A DNA stretch of 64,000 nt, taken from positions 80,635 to 144,634 of the IMG/VR virus record IMGVR_UViG_3300042198_000079; one strand, written 5' to 3'. This document shows positions 49,095 through 58,582 of the stretch, piece after piece (the stretch's first letter is position 1; each line of letters opens with the position of its first letter). The translations under genes and the position numbers were made by a program. Origin of the DNA: a virus. Below the pieces are notes generated by a model. The model was not told the DNA's origin, searched no databases, and saw only the letters and a program-made list of their open reading frames with translations.

Positions 49095-49257
49095 AAAGTA
49101 AAACACTAATGTAAAAATCATTAGTGTTTTACTTTCAATATTAGAAAATTGTATTTCGTTTTCTAATAATATATTTTTAGACAGATGAAATATATAAAAA
49201 TAAAAAAGCAAAAATAAAATTAGAATTATAAAAAATACCATTTTATTTTTGCTTTTT
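49095..49257. terminator. Three consecutive AT-rich hairpins between convergent genes
   Basis: Stems 49095-49111/49119-49135 (17 bp), 49139-49148/49159-49168 (10 bp), 49203-49220/49240-49257 (18 bp). Confidence 0.65.
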
Positions 49258-49262
49258 ATTTA

Positions 49263-49982
49263 TTAAAATAATATCTTACAATCGTTTCTGGATTTCGCTC
49301 TAGCATCAACAATCTGTTTAAATTGTTGATATCTTGCTTGCATGGTTTGATAATTTACATTATTGCCAGTTCCGTTGTCAGCATCGCCCGGAAATGCATC
49401 TCCTAAGTTAATATTAAAATTAGAAATTGATATTGCATCGCTAACACTATACGGTTCCCACATTTGATATATAAATTTTAATTTAACACTTTGTATTTCA
49501 GTATTTTCTAAATTAAATGTTGTTGAATCAACACCAATCAAAGATGCACCGATTAATCTTTTTGCTCTACAAATATTTCCAGTATCGTCTAAAGTAGCAA
49601 TAATAATATCGTTTTCGCTAGAACACGGAAGCAGGGAACGAGAAGTTGAAGGATCAGAAAGTTTTAGTAATTCTTGTTCTGCTAATGTTTTTATTCCAAG
49701 ACATTCTGAACTTTTAAATGTTACTTCCCAGCCTGCAATATTATCATATTCTAGAATACCCGGATACAAAAACTTTTTACCAAGATAACTAGTTTCCAGA
49801 GTATTTCTACTTGCTCCCGGATCATTGAAATCTGTAATATATGCTGAATAATTTCCTAAAATTTCATCAGAGAATTCTTGTCTGCCTAGACGTATAATTC
49901 TCCCCATGAAATTTCTAGAAAATCCAAATTTGTTGTAAGCATTAAATGCTCCTCTAATCGACGTGTCTAATAAATCTGCCAT
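49263..49982 (-). CDS. Tail tube-fold protein (gp19/gp54-like)
   Basis: FSRNF, PG...YLGKKFLYPG...Y...WEVTF, FIYQMW; TATAAATA 50005-50012. Confidence 0.7.
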   Translation of the reverse strand: MADLLDTSIRGAFNAYNKFGFSRNFMGRIIRLGRQEFSDEILGNYSAYITDFNDPGASRNTLETSYLGKKFLYPGILEYDNIAGWEVTFKSSECLGIKTLAEQELLKLSDPSTSRSLLPCSSENDIIIATLDDTGNICRAKRLIGASLIGVDSTTFNLENTEIQSVKLKFIYQMWEPYSVSDAISISNFNINLGDAFPGDADNGTGNNVNYQTMQARYQQFKQIVDARAKSRNDCKILF

Positions 49983-50041
49983 TGATAATAAAACCTTATA
50001 ATGTTATTTATAGTATATGAATTTAATTTTAAAAATAAATA

Positions 50042-52291
50042 TTATAATTCGTTCATATTAGTTTCTTCCTCATTCTGACCACCAATTTTCATATTTTTAT
50101 ACGAATCCCAACTTGGTCTATAATTTATTCCAAATATACTCTTTTTCTTTTTCGGAACTATTTTATTCATTTTTCCAAATTTTAAAACTCCGTTTTGGAA
50201 ATATATGAGATTTCTTTTTGATTGTATATTAAAATAATCTCCTATTGCTCTTTCCATTGCTTCTACTGTTACCGGAGGACCGTCATATCCATAAAGATCT
50301 TTTGCCGTTCCATATTTTATCCTACTATTAAAATTACGAGTAAGATCTTCGATTATTGCTTTTCTACGATAAACCTTTTTGCCAGTTTTTCTGTCTATAT
50401 ATGAAAATTCACTACTTCCAAAGTCTTTATACGTATAAACTTTTTTAATAAATTCTATTGCAGCATATCTAAGATTTAAAATATCCCAATTACTATAAGT
50501 GGTTTGTTTTGTATTTTGTGGTAATATTGGCGGGGTTGGTTTCTTATCGTTTGGTTCATTTTGTGTATTTTTTAAATCTTGTATTTCTTTTCTCAAATTG
50601 TCTACAATTCCTTGCATATACTCTAATGATTTATTTAAATCTTTGATAACTAAATCACCAGTATCATCAAATTTTTCTATTTGACGTATTAATACTTCCA
50701 TATTTTTGTTTGCTTCCCCATTTGTTTCTCTTTCAACTTCTTTTATTTCTATTGCTTCTATAGGGCCTACGTCATTTGTATCGATGTTAATCTGATTTTG
50801 ATTATCTCTTAATTTTTTAAGTTTCTCTCTTAATCTTTTAAGTTTATTTTTTAAATTTTTAATTGTATCTTTCAAATCCATATTTGCTTTATATGTATCA
50901 TTATTATCATCTAAAATAGTTCCTAATGTATCTTGTAATTTTTTTATTGCTGCATCTCTGTTACTAACATCTATATTTCGTAATCCCTCTAATTCTTCAG
51001 CTTGTTGAGTTAAAAGGTCAGATGCATTTCCTAATGCTGCACTGACAATAGCCTCCATATTACTAATATTGAAACTCCTCAAAAGATTGAATGTTTGAAA
51101 TCTTTCCATTTCTTGAGCGCGTGATAAGCTTGCTATTTTTTTAAAAAAGCTGTTTGCTATATTTGATCTAGATGGAAAACTTTTTCCTAAAAAGGTTTGT
51201 CTGTCTAAAATTTCAATCATATATACTTTAGAAAATGATTCATATATATCGTATAATTCGTCGGTCGTAAGATATCCAACATCTTTTAAATCTCGTCTGA
51301 GTGCTACTTCTTCGCCCCATCCTTGCATTCCATCAGGACCATCGTATTCACTTTCTAAAGTTTTTGGAGTTCCTTCTCTACTTTCCAAATCAGTTATAAA
51401 TGCATCTCTATCTGCTTTTTTCCAACCTTCATGTGTTCCTGCTGGAGGAATTTCGGCACGAACTGTATTTTCTCTAGTGTATTGAATTGCATTTAAATAA
51501 GGATACTTATTTTCTGGAGTTCTCATTACGGATATTTTATATGCAAAAATATACTTTCCTTTGCTGTTATCTTTTTTATTTACAACTTTTCTTTTCGACG
51601 CTAATCGCATATCTATTCTGTGATATCTTATTCCGGGGAAAACAGCAACACTATCGATTGCTTCTACAAGTTCTTTAGTTAAAAACGTGTTCTTTACTTG
51701 ATTTATATTAAAGGGAACTTGTAAATCTCTTCCTTCGACCCATCTATTATCCCAATTAGGATCTCCGTCGCGTCTAAGATTGTCATAATCTTCTTTGCTA
51801 ATTTCTAATGCAAACATATTTTTTGGTTTTTTTGTTACATTTATTATTCCTCTTATTGAGTCACTTCTACGGTACAAATTTACCGGCCCATACGTTATGT
51901 TATCTATAAGAGGTTTTATATTATTATCATAATATAAATCAAATTGGTCTTTAGATACTTTTAAAAGATTATTTTGTAATAATAAAGTGCTATGATATTT
52001 ATTAACTGTTCTAACATCTTGGTTCAAAACACTTATATCTTCATTTAATATTTTTTTAAAAACCGAACCATCTGCTAATGAAGATGATATATTATTTAAT
52101 TTTCGTAATATATTATCAGAATGTATCCTAATTTCGTTATTTCTTGATATAAATGCACCACGCATTTCCCTACGGTCTTCTCTAAATTCCGCATCATTAT
52201 AATCATCATCATAATCATCACCATCTTCATAATTTCCCGTATTTTCTAATACGATTTTATTATAATAATTTTCAAACTTGGTAAAAAACAT
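50042..52291 (-). CDS. Large coiled-coil CTS-leader protein
   Basis: TATAAATA 52297-52304; MFFTKFENYYNKIVLE; heptad-rich segments. Confidence 0.7.
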   Translation of the reverse strand: MFFTKFENYYNKIVLENTGNYEDGDDYDDDYNDAEFREDRREMRGAFISRNNEIRIHSDNILRKLNNISSSLADGSVFKKILNEDISVLNQDVRTVNKYHSTLLLQNNLLKVSKDQFDLYYDNNIKPLIDNITYGPVNLYRRSDSIRGIINVTKKPKNMFALEISKEDYDNLRRDGDPNWDNRWVEGRDLQVPFNINQVKNTFLTKELVEAIDSVAVFPGIRYHRIDMRLASKRKVVNKKDNSKGKYIFAYKISVMRTPENKYPYLNAIQYTRENTVRAEIPPAGTHEGWKKADRDAFITDLESREGTPKTLESEYDGPDGMQGWGEEVALRRDLKDVGYLTTDELYDIYESFSKVYMIEILDRQTFLGKSFPSRSNIANSFFKKIASLSRAQEMERFQTFNLLRSFNISNMEAIVSAALGNASDLLTQQAEELEGLRNIDVSNRDAAIKKLQDTLGTILDDNNDTYKANMDLKDTIKNLKNKLKRLREKLKKLRDNQNQINIDTNDVGPIEAIEIKEVERETNGEANKNMEVLIRQIEKFDDTGDLVIKDLNKSLEYMQGIVDNLRKEIQDLKNTQNEPNDKKPTPPILPQNTKQTTYSNWDILNLRYAAIEFIKKVYTYKDFGSSEFSYIDRKTGKKVYRRKAIIEDLTRNFNSRIKYGTAKDLYGYDGPPVTVEAMERAIGDYFNIQSKRNLIYFQNGVLKFGKMNKIVPKKKKSIFGINYRPSWDSYKNMKIGGQNEEETNMNEL

Positions 52292-52334
52292 AACAGTATT
52301 TATACTTATTTTTATTTAAATTTCTATAAAACGC

Positions 52335-52363
52335 TTGACACTATTTTTATTGTGTGTTAAAAT
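52335..52363 (+). promoter_or_regulatory. Sigma70-type promoter TTGACA-N17-TAAAAT with extended TG
   Basis: 7 nt before ATG 52371. Confidence 0.8.
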
Positions 52364-52370
52364 ATATTGT

Positions 52371-52691
52371 ATGGACATTCTTAAACAAATTACAGATGCA
52401 TTGGTTAAACTCCCCAAAATTGTCGGACAATTGGAAATTGTATATAAAATATTAAAGAAAGCAGTTCCTTTAATTAAGGCTTTTTCTTCTACCTATCAAG
52501 CACCACAATTGGACCCCATCGTAGAACCCTTGGAAAAAGTTCTCGATTTTATGGAAAAGGTTGCTCCTTTATTTGGAATTAGACTCCCGGTCGAACAACA
52601 AATCGTTGGACAATCGGTCGAATCTACAAAAGCACAATTTGATGCATTGCTGACTAGATATGACGAATTAGATCAAGAAGTAGATTTGTAA
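52371..52691 (+). CDS. Hypothetical early protein (monocistronic)
   Basis: MDILKQITDAL...; has its own promoter and terminator. Confidence 0.7.
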   Translation: MDILKQITDALVKLPKIVGQLEIVYKILKKAVPLIKAFSSTYQAPQLDPIVEPLEKVLDFMEKVAPLFGIRLPVEQQIVGQSVESTKAQFDALLTRYDELDQEVDL

Positions 52692-52711
52692 TTATAATTA
52701 ATTTAATCATT

Positions 52712-52753
52712 ACCCGCATAGATGTGAATAATATTCATCTATGCGGGTTTTTT
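52712..52753 (+). terminator. Rho-independent terminator
   Basis: acccgcatagatg / catctatgcgggt 13-bp stem followed by a T tract. Confidence 0.85.
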
Positions 52754-52767
52754 AGTAATAAGTAATA

Positions 52768-53085
52768 TTGATGGACGTAAAAAGTTTAGATAATTATTTT
52801 TTTAGATTAAAAGACGAAGAACAAAACGAATTTTACGATTTGACTCGTTCGATTAGTTTTCCTAAAAATCCTTTAGATGTATTATATACTATACACGAAT
52901 ATTCTGGAGAAGAATGGACAAAAATCAGTTTTGAATATTACGGAACCATACATTTATATTGGTTGATTTTAGCATTTAATAATATCGATAATCCTTTTGA
53001 AAAACCAAGAGGAAAAAAAGTAATGATAAAAATACCAAAAGCAGACGTAGTAAAAGATATTTTGAAAAAATTAAAATATAATTGA
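52768..53085 (+). CDS. gp53: Baseplate wedge gp53-like protein
   Basis: WTKISFEYYGTIHLYWLILAFNNIDNPF (LysM-like gp53 signature). Confidence 0.8.
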   Translation: MMDVKSLDNYFFRLKDEEQNEFYDLTRSISFPKNPLDVLYTIHEYSGEEWTKISFEYYGTIHLYWLILAFNNIDNPFEKPRGKKVMIKIPKADVVKDILKKLKYN

Positions 53086-54977
53086 TAATGGCAACATCAA
53101 CATTACCGCAAAATTCTGAAGGAAGTTCAGAATGTAAAATTAAAAACGATGAAGCAAATTTTGTATATAATAATACATTATATGTTGGAAGATTTTTATT
53201 AACTGATGGAACTAAAAGTATTATCTTGTCTCAAAATGCAATAGAAGAATTTGTATTTACGGATTCTATATACAGTATAGATGAAATAGGTGCAAAGGCA
53301 AGATTCATATTAAATGTTCCAAAGAATTTTTTAGAATCTTCTTCAAATGGAGAAGAAAAATTACAAATAGAAGAAATGAGGAAAGCAATGTATCGTCCTG
53401 CTTTTCTTATCGATGGAACTAACGGAACCGCCCCCGATAACACTGGACCTTTGAATTTAGCTACTAATAACGCGGGTAACATACTTATTAGAGTCGATCT
53501 TTATCCTGTTAGTATAAATGGTGAAATTTTTGGAAATGGCACATCTGACCACAAAGACAGAAATATGTGGGTTTATTCTTTTTTATTTTCCGTAACACAT
53601 ATAAAGGATGTTCCCAGTTTTTTAAATTTGGAAAATAAAAAATATGAAATTTTAGCAGAAGAAACACAAATCCATATACTGAAAACCCATAAACCGTCTG
53701 ATGTAGTAACGATTTATCCAAATTCGCAACCAAATCCAACAGGTAGTAGTGATAGGAGAAGTTCTTATGGAGATCCGCCTTCTAATACATTGAATACAAT
53801 AAGAAAAAAAATAGTAAATCCTTTATTAAAAGGATTAGAATTTAAAAATCATACAAATTTTCCTGTTCTTACATCTGCTCATTATTTAGTAAAAGAATAT
53901 AATCAAGAATGGTATTATAAAGATTATTTCAATAGATGTGTTTATTATCATAATACGAAATTAGGAACTGTGCCTTTTGTTAATATTGTAAAATTAGAAA
54001 AGCCGAACGAATCTTATATTGATAGTATTGATGGGCCAATAGTTCCTAGAAACATTCGCGTGGAAGGTCTTGATTTTTATTTTAAAAAAGAAAACATTTT
54101 TAAAACTGGTCAAAATGACGGCAAATTAATGTTAGAAACATTTGTTTTATATAAAGAAGTGGATTGCGATAAAGTGACAAATCCCGGAGACGAAAATACA
54201 AATTTTACAGAAAAAAATTTTGGATTTACGAATAATTTATTACCGGGACCGCACAACATAATAAAAAATGAAGGCTATAACCTAATTAAAGGTGACAATA
54301 AAATAAATGAAATTACAAGCTGTATATCCTATAATATACATGATCTTGCTTCAAGTTTTCCCAATAAGGGAACAGCAGGCAAAATAAATAGTGATTATTT
54401 TACTCCAATCTACAATAAATTGATAGAAGAAACTTTTGGAGACATGTATACTACATCTTGCACAATAGTTCCTAATCCGAATAATCCTTATAAGCATGAT
54501 TCAACCGGATATGATTGTTTTTCAAATCATCCTAACACTCCTACAGAAGAACCATTAATATCATCTCAAGATGGATTGACATATATCTCTCACAGTTTTA
54601 ATGATAACATGAATGGTAAAATACCATTAGATGTTTTCTTAAAAGGAGGAAGATCTATACTACAGTTTCCATTCGTATATGGAACACTAAAAATAGAATT
54701 AGTTGTTGATGGATTGACACTAAGAGAACCGGGAACATTTTTTAGAATGGTTGTTGCTGGTGCAGATACAGATAATAATGAAATAGATAGACAACTCATA
54801 GGTTATTGGTTTGTTATTAGTGTTGAATCTGTTTTTAAAAATACTAAATTTGTTCAAAAAATAACAGCAGTTAAAATATACAAAGAAAAATCTCAACAAA
54901 CGGCATCAATTAATTATACTTCTCCTGCAAATATAGAAGATACGTTTAGCGATCCAAATAAAGTTCTTGTTAGTTAG
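53082..54977 (+). CDS. Baseplate hub-like tail protein (gp27-like)
   Basis: C-terminal VDGLTLREPGTF...LIGYWFVISVESVF...QKITAVK; follows gp53. Confidence 0.6.
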   Translation: MIMATSTLPQNSEGSSECKIKNDEANFVYNNTLYVGRFLLTDGTKSIILSQNAIEEFVFTDSIYSIDEIGAKARFILNVPKNFLESSSNGEEKLQIEEMRKAMYRPAFLIDGTNGTAPDNTGPLNLATNNAGNILIRVDLYPVSINGEIFGNGTSDHKDRNMWVYSFLFSVTHIKDVPSFLNLENKKYEILAEETQIHILKTHKPSDVVTIYPNSQPNPTGSSDRRSSYGDPPSNTLNTIRKKIVNPLLKGLEFKNHTNFPVLTSAHYLVKEYNQEWYYKDYFNRCVYYHNTKLGTVPFVNIVKLEKPNESYIDSIDGPIVPRNIRVEGLDFYFKKENIFKTGQNDGKLMLETFVLYKEVDCDKVTNPGDENTNFTEKNFGFTNNLLPGPHNIIKNEGYNLIKGDNKINEITSCISYNIHDLASSFPNKGTAGKINSDYFTPIYNKLIEETFGDMYTTSCTIVPNPNNPYKHDSTGYDCFSNHPNTPTEEPLISSQDGLTYISHSFNDNMNGKIPLDVFLKGGRSILQFPFVYGTLKIELVVDGLTLREPGTFFRMVVAGADTDNNEIDRQLIGYWFVISVESVFKNTKFVQKITAVKIYKEKSQQTASINYTSPANIEDTFSDPNKVLVS

Positions 54978-56764
54978 GACATATTAAACACATCATAATA
55001 GCCCGGAAGACCACTACTACTAACATAGCTTCTATTATCATCTATACCCTTGGGAGGTTGATTTATTTTTTGTGCTATTACACTTAACGTATTAATAGCT
55101 TCACTTAATAACACATTAGTTGTATTACTACCATTAGCACCTTCTAAGGCAACAGCATTATTAGAATTGATCGTTGCTGCTGCTATAGATTGTGCAGCTC
55201 CTGCTATTATTCCTGCTATACCATTTAATGGTGTAAGCACATTTAGACTTACATTTTTAGGAGGAGGAGGAGTGGGAGGAGGAGGGGGAGGAGTAGGAGG
55301 AGGAGTGGGAGGAGTAGGTGTAGGAGTAGTAGGAGGTAAAAAAATGTCCTTTAAATTTTGAAATTGGTCTTTTCCTAATTGTCCTAATCTCTTTAATTCA
55401 TCATTTATTTTGGGGAAGAGTCTTTTAATTTCGGAGGAGAAAAAACCCATTGGATCTTTTAAAATTTGCATAAATTCTATTGCCTTCTCAAATATAAAAT
55501 TTATACCTTCTCCTATTTTAATTATACCTTCTCCTATTTTAATTAAATTTTTATACCAATCTTTATTTTTTATATTTTCTTCAAAAAATTCATTAAAAAG
55601 ATTTCCTATCAGAATTCCTATCCTATTTCCAAAATCAGATATTGCCTTTTTGACTTTTTCATTATTAAAAACAGCATTAAAAATATAAACAAAACCATTA
55701 ACAATTGAGTCTACTAATGTTCTAATTGCTGGATCTTCTGAAAGATTCTTCCATGTTTTAGAGAACTGTTCTCCTATAAGAGAAAAATACTTTCCTATTT
55801 CCTTTGTAAGATTTTCTTTATATTTATCTGTTGGAGATGGATTTAAATAAGTTTCAGTTAATAAATTCCAATACTTTCCTATTTCTTTTTTAATTTCTTC
55901 AAATTTTTTAGCATAAGTACTATCTCTAAACGGAGCAAATGCGATCCAAACGCTTTTTGTAACATTTATTAAAGTATTTGCTATATTTCCAACCGCATTT
56001 AAAATTCCGGGTATTACTGTATCAGCAACAAACATTAATCCTTCTTTTGCCAATTCTATAATTTTAGGAAAATAACTTTCTATTTTTTGAAAAAACGGTT
56101 CTATGTTTTTAATTGCATTTACTAAAGATGGTGGCAAAATCATCTCTAATTGATTTCCAAACAAACCCCATATTGTTTTTACCATACTTCTTATACCAAA
56201 AGCAAGAACCCCATAACTAAAAATGTTTTTTGCTAAATTAAAAATATTACCAATAAAATTACCTAAAACACTGCCCATCATAGAAAGCGGAGATTTTTTT
56301 TCTTTTTCATATCGAATATGACCACTTTCGTATCTACTTTTTAACATTTTTTCTTCTATTCTAGTTAATTTTCTTCCTTTTTCTTTTTCCTTTTGTTCTT
56401 TTAATTTTTCAAATTCGTATTTTTTATATAATTTTTCTAAAAAGTTTGGTTTTCTATCCCGTTCTTTTTCTCTTTTGGATGATCTATCATCTATGTTTAA
56501 AAGAGTTTTTTCTAAATTACTAGACGAATTGTTTACGCCTAAAAGTTTTTCTTCATATGATAATTTTCTTTTTTTACCAGTATTTTGAGATTGTGGACCA
56601 CTAGTAGATGTTGATATTGTAGTTCCAGTGATCTTTTCAAAATCCTTTCTCATTTTCTCTGTATTCTCTATAAGAGATTTAACTAATTGAGAATAAGATT
56701 TTATTAATCCATCCTTGTCTAATGAATTATCATCGTCGTCATCATCATCTAATCCAAATACCAT
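54974..56764 (-). CDS. Tape-measure/gp29-like helical protein with Pro-rich linker
   Basis: Amphipathic helical repeats, PPTTPTPTPPTPPP tract, TATAAATA 56775-56782, adjacent to hub genes. Confidence 0.55.
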   Translation of the reverse strand: MVFGLDDDDDDDNSLDKDGLIKSYSQLVKSLIENTEKMRKDFEKITGTTISTSTSGPQSQNTGKKRKLSYEEKLLGVNNSSSNLEKTLLNIDDRSSKREKERDRKPNFLEKLYKKYEFEKLKEQKEKEKGRKLTRIEEKMLKSRYESGHIRYEKEKKSPLSMMGSVLGNFIGNIFNLAKNIFSYGVLAFGIRSMVKTIWGLFGNQLEMILPPSLVNAIKNIEPFFQKIESYFPKIIELAKEGLMFVADTVIPGILNAVGNIANTLINVTKSVWIAFAPFRDSTYAKKFEEIKKEIGKYWNLLTETYLNPSPTDKYKENLTKEIGKYFSLIGEQFSKTWKNLSEDPAIRTLVDSIVNGFVYIFNAVFNNEKVKKAISDFGNRIGILIGNLFNEFFEENIKNKDWYKNLIKIGEGIIKIGEGINFIFEKAIEFMQILKDPMGFFSSEIKRLFPKINDELKRLGQLGKDQFQNLKDIFLPPTTPTPTPPTPPPTPPPPPPTPPPPKNVSLNVLTPLNGIAGIIAGAAQSIAAATINSNNAVALEGANGSNTTNVLLSEAINTLSVIAQKINQPPKGIDDNRSYVSSSGLPGYYDVFNMS

Positions 56765-56789
56765 TGTATAAGTTTATTTATACAAATTA

Positions 56790-56831
56790 TAAAAAAACTA
56801 TACAAGTATTTTTAAACTTGTATAGTTTTTT
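56790..56831. terminator. Hairpin flanked by A/T tracts
   Basis: aaaaaaactatacaagt / acttgtatagttttttt. Confidence 0.65.
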
Positions 56832-56835
56832 AAAT

Positions 56836-57606
56836 TTAAACTATGGCAAAAATTGATTTAATTTCTAAAGAAATATCATCTATAGTAAGAAATTCATTAA
56901 CAGGATCAATATATTCTTTCTGAACCTTTTCGTAAATTTTTCTAAAAATAGAAGAAGGTAAATTCTGAACAATATTCAAAGTTACGTTTCCGTCTTCTCT
57001 AGCATCGAAAAATTTATTAGAAGAAAATTCTATGGAAACTATGTGTTCTGAAATTTTTAAATATGTAGCATCTATTGCATAATTTGCTATAACATCTGTA
57101 TTTTTATTATTCAATATCTCTTCTCTATTTGGATATTTCATACAAGTTCCAAACATTTCATTGTCAAGAATATTAGGTATTCCTAAAGAAATTTTAATAT
57201 CGTTTTCTTCGACAATTATATCTGGAAATGTTTTTTCCACGTTTTGAATTTTGTTTAAATCAATTTTTATAGTGTTATCTTCTTCATTTTGAGTTTCATA
57301 AATAGACCCTAACGAAGCAATTCTTAATTGTATTGCAATTGAGTTTCTATCATGAACATTTATGTCGTCTGGCAGCAAATTTTCAGATATGGAATTTTCT
57401 ACAATAATTTTATTAAATTCTGAATAAAAATTATTATTTAATGCAGAATCTCCTATTAGAGTTCTTAACAAATTCTTTTGTTGAATTGCTGTTAAAACTT
57501 TAAATTTGAAACTTTTTCCTTGGGAAGGAATAAAAACATCAACGACTTCTCTTAATTCATTTAATTGCTTTACTATTTCGTTTGCTGAAATGTTACTTTT
57601 TTTCAT
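56836..57606 (-). CDS. Baseplate hub assembly protein (gp26-like)
   Basis: VFIPS...FKVLTAIQQKNLL, DRNSIAIQLRIASLG. Confidence 0.65.
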   Translation of the reverse strand: MKKSNISANEIVKQLNELREVVDVFIPSQGKSFKFKVLTAIQQKNLLRTLIGDSALNNNFYSEFNKIIVENSISENLLPDDINVHDRNSIAIQLRIASLGSIYETQNEEDNTIKIDLNKIQNVEKTFPDIIVEENDIKISLGIPNILDNEMFGTCMKYPNREEILNNKNTDVIANYAIDATYLKISEHIVSIEFSSNKFFDAREDGNVTLNIVQNLPSSIFRKIYEKVQKEYIDPVNEFLTIDDISLEIKSIFAIV

Positions 57607-57655
57607 ATTCGTGTAATCATATTTACATTTCCTTTAAAATAGATTTCCACTATTA

Positions 57656-58531
57656 TCAATCGGAAATTTTATAATTCTCTCCATTTTCTTTTTCCAATTC
57701 TTCATGCTTATCTTTAAGCAAATTGATAATAGACATTCTTTCGCAAACAGGTCTAGAATCTATATACATTTCACTATAATGATTTTGAACTAATGCATAA
57801 TATTCTTCAGTTATATATTTTATTGGATATGATAATATAAATTTACATACAATTGATGCATTTTGCATATTAAAATCTAATTTATATTCTGGGAAATTAA
57901 TAAAATTTTTATATTCTATCGATTCGTTTATAACATTAATAAAATTATTTTTTATTTCTCTTGTTATATTTATAGGAATCTGTTCAAATACCTCGATTCG
58001 ATCATTTAAATCCATATCCTCGAAATATATTGTTTCTGAATTTATGGTTATTTTTTGGATATATCCCCAAAGAGGTTCATCATATATTTTTGATAGATTC
58101 TGATCTTCTTTGTTTTTTGATCTTCTCAATCCGAGAGATTCTAATTCGTTTTGTATTGTCGGTAATCCACATTCATAAACAATATTATTTTTTTCAAAAA
58201 TATATTGAAATTTATTATCTGCGAAAAAAGCAACTTCTTTAATAAATTCTGTAAGATCTATTTTCCCACTTTGTGTTTCTATTATGTGCCCATAAGATTT
58301 TATTCTTAATTGTAATAATACGAAAAATTTATCCAGAATCGTCCATTGTCTTATTGTTTCCTTTTTATCTATAATATTTTCTTCTAATAAATCTGTTGTT
58401 ATTTTACTAAATTCAAAATCATCTTCGTTTTCTATGTGAAAAGAAATTACTTTTTGTTGAGAAGATGTTATTAATTTTGTTCTGAATTCCATTTGAAAAG
58501 ACGGAACCCATACCCATGTTGTTTCTTGCAT
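57656..58531 (-). CDS. Baseplate hub assembly protein (gp26-like paralogue)
   Basis: VWVPS...LITSSQQK, DKFFVLLQLRIKSYG; C-terminal YIDSRPVCER resembles gp51. Confidence 0.65.
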   Translation of the reverse strand: MQETTWVWVPSFQMEFRTKLITSSQQKVISFHIENEDDFEFSKITTDLLEENIIDKKETIRQWTILDKFFVLLQLRIKSYGHIIETQSGKIDLTEFIKEVAFFADNKFQYIFEKNNIVYECGLPTIQNELESLGLRRSKNKEDQNLSKIYDEPLWGYIQKITINSETIYFEDMDLNDRIEVFEQIPINITREIKNNFINVINESIEYKNFINFPEYKLDFNMQNASIVCKFILSYPIKYITEEYYALVQNHYSEMYIDSRPVCERMSIINLLKDKHEELEKENGENYKISD

Positions 58532-58548
58532 ATTCTAGATTTATGGAG

Positions 58549-58577
58549 TTGACAAATTAAATTCAAAGAACTACTAT
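58549..58577 (+). promoter_or_regulatory. Sigma70-type promoter TTGACA-N17-TACTAT
   Basis: 5 nt before ATG 58583. Confidence 0.75.
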
Positions 58578-58582
58578 GTTAT

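Noticed and set aside
55260-55337. G-rich GGA repeat as a regulatory or G-quadruplex element
   Set aside because: Fully explained as Pro/Thr codons of the minus-strand ORF.
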